Positions 1-9,395 of a stretch of 32,000 nt of DNA are shown here, piece after piece; the stretch's first letter is position 1, and each line of letters begins with the position of its first letter. The DNA comes from Pseudodesulfovibrio mercurii. GTDB lineage: Bacteria > Desulfobacterota > Desulfovibrionia > Desulfovibrionales > Desulfovibrionaceae. A program made the position numbers and the translations under genes. The notes beneath the pieces are model-generated. The model saw only the letters and a list, made by a program, of their open reading frames with translations. It was not told the origin of the DNA and did no database searches. Where the stretch lies: the NCBI RefSeq assembly GCF_000189295.2, contig NC_016803.1, forward strand, positions 1,170,001 to 1,202,000, read 5' to 3'.

Positions 1-658
1 CCTCAAAGAGCACGCAGTCCGCGGCCTGGATGGCCGAGGACACGTCGCCGAGATACGGGACCAGCCGCTCGGCCACGGGCAGGACCTCGTCGAAGACGGC
101 CTGGGCGTCCATGGGCTCGACCCCGTAGAGGTGCTTGAAGAGCACGTTCTTCTCTTCCAGGGCCGTGGAAATCTTCTGCTTGAGCAGTTCGGGATCGGCG
201 AAGTCGCCCGCGCGGATGCCGCAGCGGTGCATCTTGTCCTCGTAGCACGGGCCGATGCCGCGCCCGGTGGTGCCGATGCGTCCGTCCTCGCTGCGCGAGG
301 ATTCGCGTGCCGCGTCCATGCGGCAGTGATACGGCATGATCACGTGGGTCTTCTTGCTGATCATCACTCGGGAGGCGGACACGTCCACGCCCTTGGCGGC
401 AAGCTTGTCCAGCTCCTGGCAGAAGACGAACGGGTCCAGGACCACGCCGTTGCCGATGAGACACTGCTTTCCGGGGTGCAGGATGCCGGAGGGGATCAGG
501 TGCAGGATGCACTGCTCGCCGTCGACCACCAGGGTATGCCCCGCGTTGTTGCCGCCCTGGAAACGGACGATGGCGTCCGCCTTCTCGGCGAGCATATCGA
601 CGACCTTGCCTTTACCTTCGTCTCCCCACTGGGAACCGAAAACCACCATATTGGACAT
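1..658 (-). CDS. purA: adenylosuccinate synthetase, N-terminal part (3' end runs off the window start)
   Basis: Absent from the supplied ORF track because there is no stop in the window. My translation of the minus strand from the ATG at 658-656 gives [76 protein letters not shown]. This carries the GDEGKGK P-loop and QGGNNAGHT motifs of PurA. An AAGGAG Shine-Dalgarno lies 6 nt upstream of the ATG. Confidence 0.9.
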   Translation of the reverse strand, partial: MSNMVVFGSQWGDEGKGKVVDMLAEKADAIVRFQGGNNAGHTLVVDGEQCILHLIPSGILHPGKQCLIGNGVVLDPFVFCQELDKLAAKGVDVSASRVMISKKTHVIMPYHCRMDAARESSRSEDGRIGTTGRGIGPCYEDKMHRCGIRAGDFADPELLKQKISTALEEKNVLFKHLYGVEPMDAQAVFDEVLPVAERLVPYLGDVSSAIQAADCVLFE

Positions 659-770
659 TGTTAGCTCCTTGGAAATACCGGGATTGCGGCCCCCGGCCGG
701 GAAAGCGCGCACAAACGGTTATGTTCCGTAAATATAAACGGGTGTCCGTGTCAACCGGAGGATGCCCCGA

Positions 771-1166
771 TCACTTGCCGTTCTTGGGGGTCAGGGTCAG
801 CAGCTTGCCGCGCCGGTCCTTCTTGTCCGGCTTGTGTCCGGCGCCGGGACCGTCGCCGTTGACCAGGGTGCCGTCCACGGGGCCGACCGGCTTTTCCGGC
901 GCGGTCAGGGCCGCCAGGTCGATCTCCACCGGGCCCTCGCCGGGGTGGCGGGACTGGGCCCAGTTGTAGTTGAAAAGCTGGTTTTTCAGGCGGGTGGACT
1001 GGATGAGATTGAAGACCAGAACCGCTTCCTCCCACCGCTTGGTGGGCTCGAAATGGCGCACCTTCTCCGCGTATTTTTCCCACAGGCTCATGAGCGAGGC
1101 CTCGTCGTAGGCATTGATCTGACGGGCGAGCTTCAAGAGCGCCTTTTCCATGTAGCTTTCTGACAT
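771..1166 (-). CDS. hypothetical protein (helical N-terminal half, Pro/Gly/Lys-rich tail)
   Basis: The track ORF is 771..1217. I prefer the internal start MSESYMEK at 1166, which has AGGAA 5 nt upstream. Codon usage is GC3-rich like the neighbouring genes. I recognise no family. Confidence 0.55.
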   Translation of the reverse strand: MSESYMEKALLKLARQINAYDEASLMSLWEKYAEKVRHFEPTKRWEEAVLVFNLIQSTRLKNQLFNYNWAQSRHPGEGPVEIDLAALTAPEKPVGPVDGTLVNGDGPGAGHKPDKKDRRGKLLTLTPKNGK

Positions 1167-1261
1167 CGATGTTCCTTGATAGGTGAAAAACGCATGCCGG
1201 GAGTCTTTGCATAGCAAATATCAGCCCGGCCCGCCAAGGCAAAATCACGCTCCGCTCCGGA

Positions 1262-1291
1262 CAAAAAGGCCGCCCGAAAAATCGGGCGGCC
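1262..1291 (-). terminator. rho-independent terminator of the chemoreceptor gene
   Basis: On the minus strand: GGCCGCCCG-ATTTTT-CGGGCGGCC followed by TTTTT, 28 nt after the stop at 1319. Confidence 0.6.
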
Positions 1292-1318
1292 CTGTGGTTC
1301 GTGTTGCGCGCAACGGCG

Positions 1319-3022
1319 TCAGAAGCGCTCGAAATCGGTGTCGTCCACCTCGCCCATGTCGAGGTCCATGCCGCCCCTGGGCGCATTCCCGGCCGCACCG
1401 GGCGGCACCGGCCTGGGCTTGCCACCGGCGAGCTTGGGCCTGCCCCCGGCGAGCCTGGGCCTGGCGGGCTCGGCCACCTTGACCTGGACGGGCGGGACGT
1501 AGCCGTCCGCATCGAGCCTGAAGAAGCTGATGGTCTTCTGCAACTGCACGGCCTGGGACGAAAGCTCCTCGGCCGTGGAGGCGACCTCCTCGGAGGCGGC
1601 CGCGTTCTGCTGGATGACCTTGTCCATGTCCTGGATGGCCGCGTTGACCTGGGAGCCGCCCTCATTCTGCTCGTTGGTGGCGGCGGAGATCTCCTGGACC
1701 AGTTCGGCGGTCTTCTGGATGTCCGGCACGATCCGGGCCAGCAGGTTGCCCGCCTCCTCGGCCACCTCCACGCTGGACGAGGACAGCTCGCTGATCTCGG
1801 CCGCGGACGCGCCGCTACGCTCGGCCAGCTTGCGCACCTCGGCCGCGACCACGGCGAATCCCTTGCCGTGTTCCCCGGCCCGGGCCGCCTCGATGGCCGC
1901 GTTCAGGGCCAGGAGGTTGGTCTGCCGCGCGATCTCCTCGATGATGGAGATCTTCTCCGCAATCTGCTTCATGGCCTCCACGGTCTTGGCCACGGCCCGG
2001 CCGCCGGACTCGGTGTCGCGGGCCGCCTTGTTGGTCATGTTGTTGGTGGTCTGGGCGTTCTCGGCGTTCTGGCCGATGGACGAGATCATCTCCTCCATGG
2101 CCGCCGAGACCTCCTCCACGGCCGAGGCCTGTTCCGTGGCCCCCTGGGACAGGTCGGTGGCCGAGGAGGCCAGCTCCTCGCTGCCCGAGGTGACCTGTTC
2201 CGAGGCCACGGTGACATCGCTGACCACGCTGCGCAGGGCCTTGAGCATGTTGCCCATGGCCGTGGTCAGCTGGCCCACCTCGTCCCGGCTGCGGGAGACG
2301 ATGTCCACGGTCAGGTCGCCCTCGGCCATGGCGTTGGACACGGTCACGGCCTCGTGCAGGGGCCGGATGATGCCGCGCAGGACCCAGACGACCACCAGGA
2401 TCAGGATGCCCATGCCCACGAGGGTGGGAATGAGGATCTGCCAGCGCATGGAGCTGACCTGAGCCTCCACGTCGTCCACGTAGATGCCGGAGCCGACCAC
2501 CCAGCCCCACGGCTGGTACAGCTTGACGAAGGAAATCTTGGGCACGGGCCGGTCCGAACCGGGCTTGGGCCACATGTAGTTGACGAACCCCTCGCCCTTG
2601 TCCCTGGCGACCTTGACCATCTCCCGGAAGAGATAGACCCCGTGGGGGTCCTTCATGTCGGACAGGTCCTTGCCGTTGAGGTCGGGGTTGACCCCGTGGA
2701 CCACGATGACCTGGTGCAGGTCGTTGACCCAGAAATATTCCTGCCCCTGATAGCGCAGGGTCGCCAGTTCGGCCTTGGCGGCCTCCTGGGCGGCCTCCAC
2801 GGTCACGGCGCCGGAATCGGCCTTGCCGGCCCAGGACGCGATGACGCCGTAGGCCACCTCGACCACGCTCTTGGTGGCCACCCGCTTCTCCTGCATCAGG
2901 GAATCGCCCACCACCGGCAGGAAATAACCGAGCAGTCCGGCCAGGACCAGAACCACTGCGGCCAGGAAGAAACTGAGAATCTTGCTTTGCAGTCCCCAGT
3001 CCTTGAATCTTGTGATGCGCAT
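1319..3022 (-). CDS. methyl-accepting chemotaxis protein with a periplasmic single-Cache (sCache_2-like) sensor, HAMP and MA signalling domains
   Basis: 567-aa ORF. It has an N-terminal TM helix and a Cache-like block ([37 protein letters not shown]...[11 protein letters not shown]...[13 protein letters not shown]). A second TM, a HAMP domain and the highly conserved MCP hairpin ([40 protein letters not shown]) follow. GGAGGAA Shine-Dalgarno precedes the ATG. Confidence 0.92.
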   Translation of the reverse strand: MRITRFKDWGLQSKILSFFLAAVVLVLAGLLGYFLPVVGDSLMQEKRVATKSVVEVAYGVIASWAGKADSGAVTVEAAQEAAKAELATLRYQGQEYFWVNDLHQVIVVHGVNPDLNGKDLSDMKDPHGVYLFREMVKVARDKGEGFVNYMWPKPGSDRPVPKISFVKLYQPWGWVVGSGIYVDDVEAQVSSMRWQILIPTLVGMGILILVVVWVLRGIIRPLHEAVTVSNAMAEGDLTVDIVSRSRDEVGQLTTAMGNMLKALRSVVSDVTVASEQVTSGSEELASSATDLSQGATEQASAVEEVSAAMEEMISSIGQNAENAQTTNNMTNKAARDTESGGRAVAKTVEAMKQIAEKISIIEEIARQTNLLALNAAIEAARAGEHGKGFAVVAAEVRKLAERSGASAAEISELSSSSVEVAEEAGNLLARIVPDIQKTAELVQEISAATNEQNEGGSQVNAAIQDMDKVIQQNAAASEEVASTAEELSSQAVQLQKTISFFRLDADGYVPPVQVKVAEPARPRLAGGRPKLAGGKPRPVPPGAAGNAPRGGMDLDMGEVDDTDFERF

Positions 3023-3262
3023 AATTCCTCCTGTTCGCTGAAATTACTGCGGCGTCATACACGCGGGGTAACGAGTCCGGCCCGTCCGGAGCGTTTTCGT
3101 TTGCCTCAACAATACCCCGGCCGGACGTTATAACAATTATTATTTACAGGTTATTTCAAACGGATGCTTGAATGCCGGGAAGGGTCGACCCCCAATCATT
3201 GCCCGCCCTGGGAAGGTGTGTTATGAACGCCCCCTCACACGGCAACAACAGGGAGTCTAGCG

Positions 3263-4537
3263 ATGAGCGATCTGAAGAAAATGTACCACACCTTGCAGCA
3301 GGACCCGTTCCCTGCGGACATGAAGCTGACCCTGGGCGACCAGGAACTGGTCTTCCGGAAACGGACCTGGGAGATCGACGGCCAGACCAAGGGGTTGCGC
3401 TACGGCGAGAACCCGGACCAGCCCGCCGCGCTCTACGAGCTGGCTCAGGGGCAGCTTGAGATCGGCGGGGTCAAGTTCATCGGCGCGGGCCAGGGACTGG
3501 TCTCCGCCCTGACCGAGGAGCACATGCTCCAGGCGGGCAAGCACCCCGGCAAGACCAACCTGACCGACGTGGACAACGCCCTGAACATCCTGCAGTACCT
3601 GTCCGCCAAGCCGGCCGCGCTCATTCTCAAGCACAACAACCCCTGCGGGGCCGCCTGGACCGACGAGGGCGTGGCCGTGGCGCTCAAGCGCGCCTTCGAG
3701 GCCGACCGCATCGCCGCCTTCGGCGGGGCCGTGGTGGTCAACCGCAAGCTCGACCTGGCCACGGCCGAGTTGATCAACTCCGTGTATTTCGAGGTGGTTG
3801 CCGCGCCCGAGTTCGACGCCGACGCGCTCGCCGTGCTGAAAAAGAAAAAGAACCTGCGCATCCTGGAGATTCCGGGCATCGCCGAGCTGGAGAAGCTGTC
3901 CCGGACACCGTTCCTGGACATCAAGTCCCTGTCCGACGGCGGCATGGTCCTGCAGTTCTCCTTCCGCAACGCCATCCTGTCCGCGGACGACTTTCTCCCG
4001 GCCGAGGCCGAGAAGGACGGCAACGCCTTCGTGGCCCGCGCCCCCTCCAGGCAGGAGGCGGACGACCTGCTCTTCGCCTGGGCCGTTGAGGCCGGCGTGA
4101 CCTCCAACTCCGTGATCTTCGCCCGCGACGGCGTGACCACGGCCATCGGCACCGGCGAGCAGGACCGCGTGGGCTGCGTGCTCCTGGCCGTGACCAAGGC
4201 GTACATCAAGTACGCGGACCTGCTGGCCTCCAAGGAACTGGGCAAGTCCCTGTTCGAGCTCAAGCTGGCGGCCATCAAGGACCCGGAGATGAAGAAGCAG
4301 CTCGACGACATCGACAGGCGCACCGAGGAGGCGCGCGGCGGCCTGCCCGGCTCCGTGGTGGTTTCGGACGGGTTCTTCCCGTTCCGCGACGGCGTGGACC
4401 TGTGCATCGACCAGGGCGTGACCGCCATCGCCCAGCCCGGCGGCTCCATCCGCGATCACGAGGTCATCCAGGCGGTCAACGAGGCCACGCCGCAGGTGGC
4501 CATGGTCTTCACCGGGCAGCGCTCCTTCAAGCACTAA
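3263..4537 (+). CDS. purH: AICAR transformylase (stand-alone AICARFT domain of PurH)
   Basis: 424 aa containing LRYGENPDQ, KHNNPCGAA and a C-terminal FFPFRDGVD...QPGGSIRD...VFTGQRSFKH, all typical of the PurH C-terminal formyltransferase domain. There is no MGS-like IMP cyclohydrolase domain at the N-terminus. Confidence 0.9.
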   Translation: MSDLKKMYHTLQQDPFPADMKLTLGDQELVFRKRTWEIDGQTKGLRYGENPDQPAALYELAQGQLEIGGVKFIGAGQGLVSALTEEHMLQAGKHPGKTNLTDVDNALNILQYLSAKPAALILKHNNPCGAAWTDEGVAVALKRAFEADRIAAFGGAVVVNRKLDLATAELINSVYFEVVAAPEFDADALAVLKKKKNLRILEIPGIAELEKLSRTPFLDIKSLSDGGMVLQFSFRNAILSADDFLPAEAEKDGNAFVARAPSRQEADDLLFAWAVEAGVTSNSVIFARDGVTTAIGTGEQDRVGCVLLAVTKAYIKYADLLASKELGKSLFELKLAAIKDPEMKKQLDDIDRRTEEARGGLPGSVVVSDGFFPFRDGVDLCIDQGVTAIAQPGGSIRDHEVIQAVNEATPQVAMVFTGQRSFKH

Positions 4538-4560
4538 GCCGGACGTTGCATGAGGAAATG

Positions 4561-4598
4561 GGCTTCGCCGGGCAGGAGTTCGGCGAGGCCTTTTATTT
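4561..4598 (+). terminator. rho-independent terminator after the AICAR transformylase gene
   Basis: A 10-bp stem (GGCTTCGCCG / CGGCGAGGCC, one G-U pair) and 10-nt loop, followed by TTTTATTT. It overlaps the stop codon of the convergent SemiSWEET-like gene. Confidence 0.55.
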
Positions 4599-4889
4599 GG
4601 GACGGTGGTCGAAGTCCCTGGCGGACGGCCTGCCGTAGACCAGCTTCATGACCAGGATGGACGCGGCCAGCACCAGGGTGACCGAGTTGGCCAGGGTCAC
4701 GGCCAGGGACCCGATGAAGAGGCCGTAGACCAGCCAGAGGAAGACGCCCACGGTCATCAGCAGGTACATGCGCAGGGACAGGTCCGCCACGGAGCGGGTC
4801 CGCCAGGTGTGCAGGACCTGCGGGAAAAAGGCCGCCGTGGTGCAGCATCCGGCCAGAAGGCCGAGGAGTTCCAGGATATCCATGCGCAT
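4593..4889 (-). CDS. SemiSWEET / PQ-loop family small membrane protein (3 TM)
   Basis: 98 aa with three hydrophobic helices. The motif FFPQVLHTWRTRS (PQ-loop) follows TM1. The size is typical of bacterial SemiSWEETs. The start could instead be the second ATG, 6 nt downstream. Confidence 0.7.
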   Translation of the reverse strand: MRMDILELLGLLAGCCTTAAFFPQVLHTWRTRSVADLSLRMYLLMTVGVFLWLVYGLFIGSLAVTLANSVTLVLAASILVMKLVYGRPSARDFDHRPK

Positions 4890-4976
4890 GCCGTTCCCAT
4901 ACGCGCACGCCCTTACGCTGACAACCGTTTCATGCTAACCGGATCGTTATCGCAACGAAAACACATCGACTGACAT

Positions 4977-7031
4977 ATGGCTAAACCAATCTCCCTCGGT
5001 CCCACGGTCCGCCCCGGCACGGTGGTGGAATTCATGCACGGCGACCAGCCCCAGCTCGCCTGGGTGCTCGAGGAGTCGTCCGGCAAGCTCCGCCTGCTGA
5101 CCATCAACAAGCGCGAGATGAAGCTGCCCGCCGCCCGGCTGCTGCCGTGGCAGGGCCCGGCGCTGTCCGCCGAGGTCTCGCGCCAGGACGTCCAGAACAT
5201 CCTGAACGAGCGCCAGGAGGCGCGCGGCGAGATCCAGGCCGGGCTGGACGTCATGGAGCTGTGGGAACTGGCCCAGGGCGAGGTGGAGTCCGCGCCCCTG
5301 TCGTGGTTCGCGGACCTCCTCTGGGAGGAGTGGGACGAGGACCGCCTGGCCGCCCTGGGACGGGCCATGCTCCAGGCCAAGACCCACTTCAAGTTCCGCC
5401 CGCCCGTGTTCGAGGTCTGGCCCGCCGAAAAGGTGGAGCAGAAGCTCCGGCAGCAGGCCGAGGAAAAGGAGCGCGAGGCCATCACCGGCGCGGGACAGAC
5501 CCTGCTCGCCGAGCTCTGGGGGGCCTACAACCAGGGCCGCAAGCCGCGCCTGCCCGAGCTTGCGCCCGACCTGGCCGACGGGCTCGCCCGCATCCTCAAG
5601 GGCAAGGTCGGCGAGACCCTGTACGAGGAGGACCGCAAGATCTGGACGGCCATCGCCAAGGGGCTGCCCGACGTGCCGCACCTGGCCCTGCTCCTGGCCC
5701 AGACCTGGGGAGTGCTGCCGCCCCACCACAACTACCACCTGGACGAGGCGGAGTACGCCTGGGGCGACGGGTGGTCGGAATCCTTCATCAGTGAAATCGA
5801 AGATTTGGAGACGCGCTTTTCCAATCAAGCCCAGACGCCCGAGATCGAGGACGCGGTGTCCATCGACGCCAGCACCACGCGGGACATCGACGACGCCTTT
5901 TGCATAGCGAGGCACGGTACGGGCTACCGGCTGACCATCGTCCTGGCCCGGCCCGAGGCCCACTGGACCTTCGGCTCGGACCTGGACAGGGCGGTCCTGC
6001 ACCGGGTGTCCAGCCTGTACCTGCCCGAGGGCACCAGCCACATGATGCCCGAGCGGCTCGGCACCGGTCTGTACTCCCTGCTCGAAGGGCAGGCGCGCCC
6101 GGCGCTGGTCACGGACTTCTTCCTGGACGCGGACGGCGTGCTCGAAAAGGTCGCGCCGCGCACGGCCTGGGTCCGCATCAGGGCCAACACCACCTACGAG
6201 GACGCGGAACGGGCCATCGCAGAGCGCACCGACCCGTCCCTGCTGCTGGCCCACGACCTGGCCACCCATTTGCTGGAGCGGCGGCTGGCCTCGGGGGCCT
6301 GCGTCATCCGCAAACCCGAGCCCATGGTCAGCCTGACCGGCAGCGGCGCGGCCACCGAGGTGAACATCGACCTGAAGACGCCGAGCCTGCGCTCGGAGCT
6401 CCTCGTCAGCGAATTCATGATCCTGGCCAACTCGGGGCTGGCCCTGTGGGCGCGGGACAACGACGTGCCCCTGCTCCACCGCACCCAGGACATCGCCCTG
6501 CCCCCGGAGTCCGCGGGCATCTTCACCGAGCCCGCCGAAATACTGCGCTCGGTCAAGCTGCTCCTGCCGCCCACCCTGGAGACCGCGCCCAAGCGGCATG
6601 CGGCCCTGGGCGTCCCGGCCTACGCGCCCATCACCTCGCCGCTGCGGCGCTACACCGATTTCATCAACATGGCCCAGGTGGATTCGTTCCTGGCCTCGGG
6701 CGCGCCGCGCCTGGACCGCGACGAGCTGGACCAGCTGATCACCCACCTGAACATGCGCATCCAGGCGGTGAGCGCGGTGCAGCGGTTCCGCCCCCGGTAC
6801 TGGAAGCTGGTCTACCTGGCCAAGCGCCGCCGCGAGTTCCAGCCCGCCGTGCTGGTGGACGAGGCCGGGCCCATGGCCACCCTGGCCATGCCACACCTCC
6901 AGGTCAACGTGCGCGCGCCCAAGAAGATGCTCGGCGACAAGCTCTATCCGGGCCAGAAGTTCATGATAAACTTCTCGCGCATCGACCCGCTGACCAACGA
7001 AATCCGACTGAGCGAGGCCCTGGAGGAATAG
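4977..7031 (+). CDS. RNB-domain exoribonuclease (RNase II/R family)
   Basis: 684 aa. RNB catalytic motifs are present (SIDASTTRDIDDAF, YLPEGTSHMMPE, APITSPLRRYTDF), and the C-terminal part looks S1/OB-like. Confidence 0.85.
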   Translation: MAKPISLGPTVRPGTVVEFMHGDQPQLAWVLEESSGKLRLLTINKREMKLPAARLLPWQGPALSAEVSRQDVQNILNERQEARGEIQAGLDVMELWELAQGEVESAPLSWFADLLWEEWDEDRLAALGRAMLQAKTHFKFRPPVFEVWPAEKVEQKLRQQAEEKEREAITGAGQTLLAELWGAYNQGRKPRLPELAPDLADGLARILKGKVGETLYEEDRKIWTAIAKGLPDVPHLALLLAQTWGVLPPHHNYHLDEAEYAWGDGWSESFISEIEDLETRFSNQAQTPEIEDAVSIDASTTRDIDDAFCIARHGTGYRLTIVLARPEAHWTFGSDLDRAVLHRVSSLYLPEGTSHMMPERLGTGLYSLLEGQARPALVTDFFLDADGVLEKVAPRTAWVRIRANTTYEDAERAIAERTDPSLLLAHDLATHLLERRLASGACVIRKPEPMVSLTGSGAATEVNIDLKTPSLRSELLVSEFMILANSGLALWARDNDVPLLHRTQDIALPPESAGIFTEPAEILRSVKLLLPPTLETAPKRHAALGVPAYAPITSPLRRYTDFINMAQVDSFLASGAPRLDRDELDQLITHLNMRIQAVSAVQRFRPRYWKLVYLAKRRREFQPAVLVDEAGPMATLAMPHLQVNVRAPKKMLGDKLYPGQKFMINFSRIDPLTNEIRLSEALEE

Positions 7032-7101
7032 CCGGGCTTTTCAACGTGTCGAAAACTCTGTAGGATCACGCACCAACCGCGAGTTATCGGGAGAAAACAC
7101 C

Positions 7102-7689
7102 ATGACCTTCATCTTCTGGGCCCTGTTCGCCTATGTCCTCGGCTCCATCCCCTTCGGGCTGGTCATCGCCAGATCGGCGTGCGGCATAGACCCCAGGAAG
7201 GACGGCAGCAAAAACACGGGCGCCACCAACGTGGCCCGGCTGTGCGGCATGAAGTTCGGCATCGCCACCCTGGCCTGCGACGTGCTCAAGGGGCTGCTGC
7301 CCGTGCTCTTCGCCGCGTCCTGGGTCGAGTCCCCCTTCGCCCTGTCCCTGATCGCCCTGGCGGCCATCCTCGGCCACGTCTTTTCCTGCTTCATGCGCTT
7401 CAAGGGCGGCAAGGCCGTGGCCACCACGGTGGGCGCGTTCCTGGGCCTGGCCTTCTGGCCCGCGCTGGTCTGCATCGTCCTGTGCCTGCTCATGGTCTGG
7501 CTGACCGGCCACGTGTCCATGGGCTCCCTGACCTTCGCCCTGTCCCTGCCCGTGCTCATGCTCCTGTCCGGCAACTTCGCCTACATCCCGGTGGCCCTGG
7601 CCGTCATGCTCATCCTGTTCTGGCGGCACAGGGAAAACATCCGGCGGCTGGCCCGGGGCGAGGAAAACCCCTGGCTCAAGAAGGGATAG
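7102..7689 (+). CDS. plsY: glycerol-3-phosphate acyltransferase PlsY
   Basis: 195-aa polytopic protein with GSIPFG...GSKNTGATNV...DVLKG...GHVFSCFMRFKGGKAVATT, the hallmark PlsY motifs. Confidence 0.92.
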   Translation: MTFIFWALFAYVLGSIPFGLVIARSACGIDPRKDGSKNTGATNVARLCGMKFGIATLACDVLKGLLPVLFAASWVESPFALSLIALAAILGHVFSCFMRFKGGKAVATTVGAFLGLAFWPALVCIVLCLLMVWLTGHVSMGSLTFALSLPVLMLLSGNFAYIPVALAVMLILFWRHRENIRRLARGEENPWLKKG

Positions 7690-7693
7690 GACC

Positions 7694-8713
7694 GTGCAGA
7701 AGGCCTCCCCCAAGCGCTACGCCATCTACTCCATCGGGGCCTCCATCCTGACCCTGGTGCTCAAGTTCGGCGCGTGGGGGCTGACCGGCTCCGTGGGGCT
7801 GCTCTCGGACGCCACCGAATCCCTGGTCAACTTGACCGCGGGCGTGCTCGCCCTGACGGCCATCACCATCGCCCTGCGCCCGGCCGACGCGGACCACGCC
7901 TACGGCCACGGCAAGGCCGAATATTTCTCCAGCGGCATCGAGGGCGTGCTGATCATCGTGGCCGCCTTCGGCATCGGCTACGCGGCCATCGACCGTTTCC
8001 TCTCGCCCCAGGAACTGAGCCATCTCGGGCCCGGCCTGCTCCTGGCCCTGCTCTCCTCGGTCATCAATTTCCTGGTCGCCCGGATCATGCTCCGCGCGGC
8101 CGACCGCTTCGACTCCATCACCCTGGAGGCGGACGCCCGGCACCTGCTGACCGACGTCTGGACCTCGGTGGGACTGGTGGCCGGGCTGGCCGTGATCATC
8201 GTCATGCCCCAATGGAAGATTCTCGACCCGATCATCGCCGTGCTCATGGCCGTGAACATCGTCTTCACCGGCCTGGGCCTGCTCAAGCGGTCCGTGGGCG
8301 GACTGATGGACGACTCCCTGCCCCCCGAGGAACTGGAACTCATCGCCAAGGCCATCCAGAGCTACGCCGGGGACGAGTGCACCTTCCACGGGCTCAGGAC
8401 GCGCAAGTCCGGTCCCAAGCGGTTCATCGACTTCCACCTCCTCGTGCCCGGCTCCATGACCGTGCACGATTCCCACGAACTCTGCGAACTGATTGAAGAG
8501 TTGATCCACTCCAAGCTGTCCCGCGCCGAGGTGACCATCCACGTGGAACCGCTGGAAAGCGAGACCTCCTACGACGGCAAGTCCGTGGGCGGGGCCTGTG
8601 CGGCCAGCCTGGGCGGCGACTGCCCCATGACCTCCCCGGCAACCCCGACATCTCCGGCCTCCCAGGCCTCTCCGCCGCCCCCTCCCCCGCCCGAAGACGA
8701 ATCGGGCGAATAG
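7694..8713 (+). CDS. cation diffusion facilitator (CDF) family metal efflux transporter
   Basis: 339 aa with a GTG start 5 nt after the plsY stop. Six TM helices carry SLLSDATESL and HLLTDVWTS (Asp/His metal-site motifs) plus a cytoplasmic alpha/beta C-terminal domain. An additional Pro/Ser-rich tail of about 45 aa follows. Confidence 0.85.
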   Translation: MQKASPKRYAIYSIGASILTLVLKFGAWGLTGSVGLLSDATESLVNLTAGVLALTAITIALRPADADHAYGHGKAEYFSSGIEGVLIIVAAFGIGYAAIDRFLSPQELSHLGPGLLLALLSSVINFLVARIMLRAADRFDSITLEADARHLLTDVWTSVGLVAGLAVIIVMPQWKILDPIIAVLMAVNIVFTGLGLLKRSVGGLMDDSLPPEELELIAKAIQSYAGDECTFHGLRTRKSGPKRFIDFHLLVPGSMTVHDSHELCELIEELIHSKLSRAEVTIHVEPLESETSYDGKSVGGACAASLGGDCPMTSPATPTSPASQASPPPPPPPEDESGE

Positions 8714-8743
8714 CCCCGATTCCCCTTCTCCATCGACCAAGGT

Positions 8744-8767
8744 CATGGGCCCCGGCCCATGTCTTTC
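8744..8767 (+). terminator. possible weak terminator after the CDF gene
   Basis: Palindrome CATGGGCCCCGGCCCATG followed by TCTTTC. The T-tract is poor. Confidence 0.3.
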
Positions 8768-8809
8768 GCAACGTCGACACCGGCCCCGGGCCGGACGAGG
8801 GACATTCGT

Positions 8810-9295
8810 ATGGATATCATCCTGCAGATATGGGGCGGGTCCTGCTACCTGCTCAACAAGATAGGCTTTTGCGGCGCCGAGCGCAGCTCGACGCCGGAAG
8901 GCGACCGGCAATGGCGGCTGTGGTCCTGGGGCATCTTCCTGGCAGGGCTGCCCGCCTGGGTCGCGGTCTTCGCCATGGAACGCAACTGGATCGCGGCGAG
9001 CGTGGAGGCGGGCGGGTCCCCGGCCATGCTCATGGGCTTCATCATCGCCCTGCGCGGACGGGGACACGAGCCGAGGTGGCTCGACCTCCTGGCCCGCTGG
9101 TCGGTGGTCCTCGGCCTGGGCGCGAGCCTCCACGATTTCGGGGGCATCACGACCCTGACGCAGGTCTTCGAACTCTGCGTGGCCGCCGGATTCCTGATGG
9201 GCGCCTACCTGTCGGCCAAGGGCAGCGCGCTCGGCTACCTCGGGTTCATCCTCGGCAACCTCGGTTGCGCGGCCCTGATGGGGAGCCAGGAATAA
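8810..9295 (+). CDS. small integral membrane protein, unknown function
   Basis: The track ORF is 8759..9295. I prefer ATG 8810 (MDIILQIWGG...), which has GAGGGA 9 nt upstream. There are five to six hydrophobic segments and GC3-rich codon usage. I recognise no family with confidence. Confidence 0.5.
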   Translation: MDIILQIWGGSCYLLNKIGFCGAERSSTPEGDRQWRLWSWGIFLAGLPAWVAVFAMERNWIAASVEAGGSPAMLMGFIIALRGRGHEPRWLDLLARWSVVLGLGASLHDFGGITTLTQVFELCVAAGFLMGAYLSAKGSALGYLGFILGNLGCAALMGSQE

Positions 9296-9395
9296 TACAT
9301 CCTCATGGCCCAACAGCTCGTCTCGCTGGCCTTTGTGGCGGACGCCTGGCGCAGCCGCCGAAAGGCCGCGCGGCGAGAAGGGAAACGATAACCCT

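Noticed and set aside
3170-3262. A ZTP (pfl) riboswitch upstream of the AICAR transformylase gene, suggested by GGGTCGACCCCC … CCCGCCCTGGGA; the IMP cyclohydrolase leader was also checked.
   Set aside because: The resemblance is superficial. The conserved GUGACUGGCG-type core and the CCGCCUGGGC 3' element are not present in recognisable form on the sense strand of either leader. A covariance-model scan (Rfam pfl/ZTP) would settle it.
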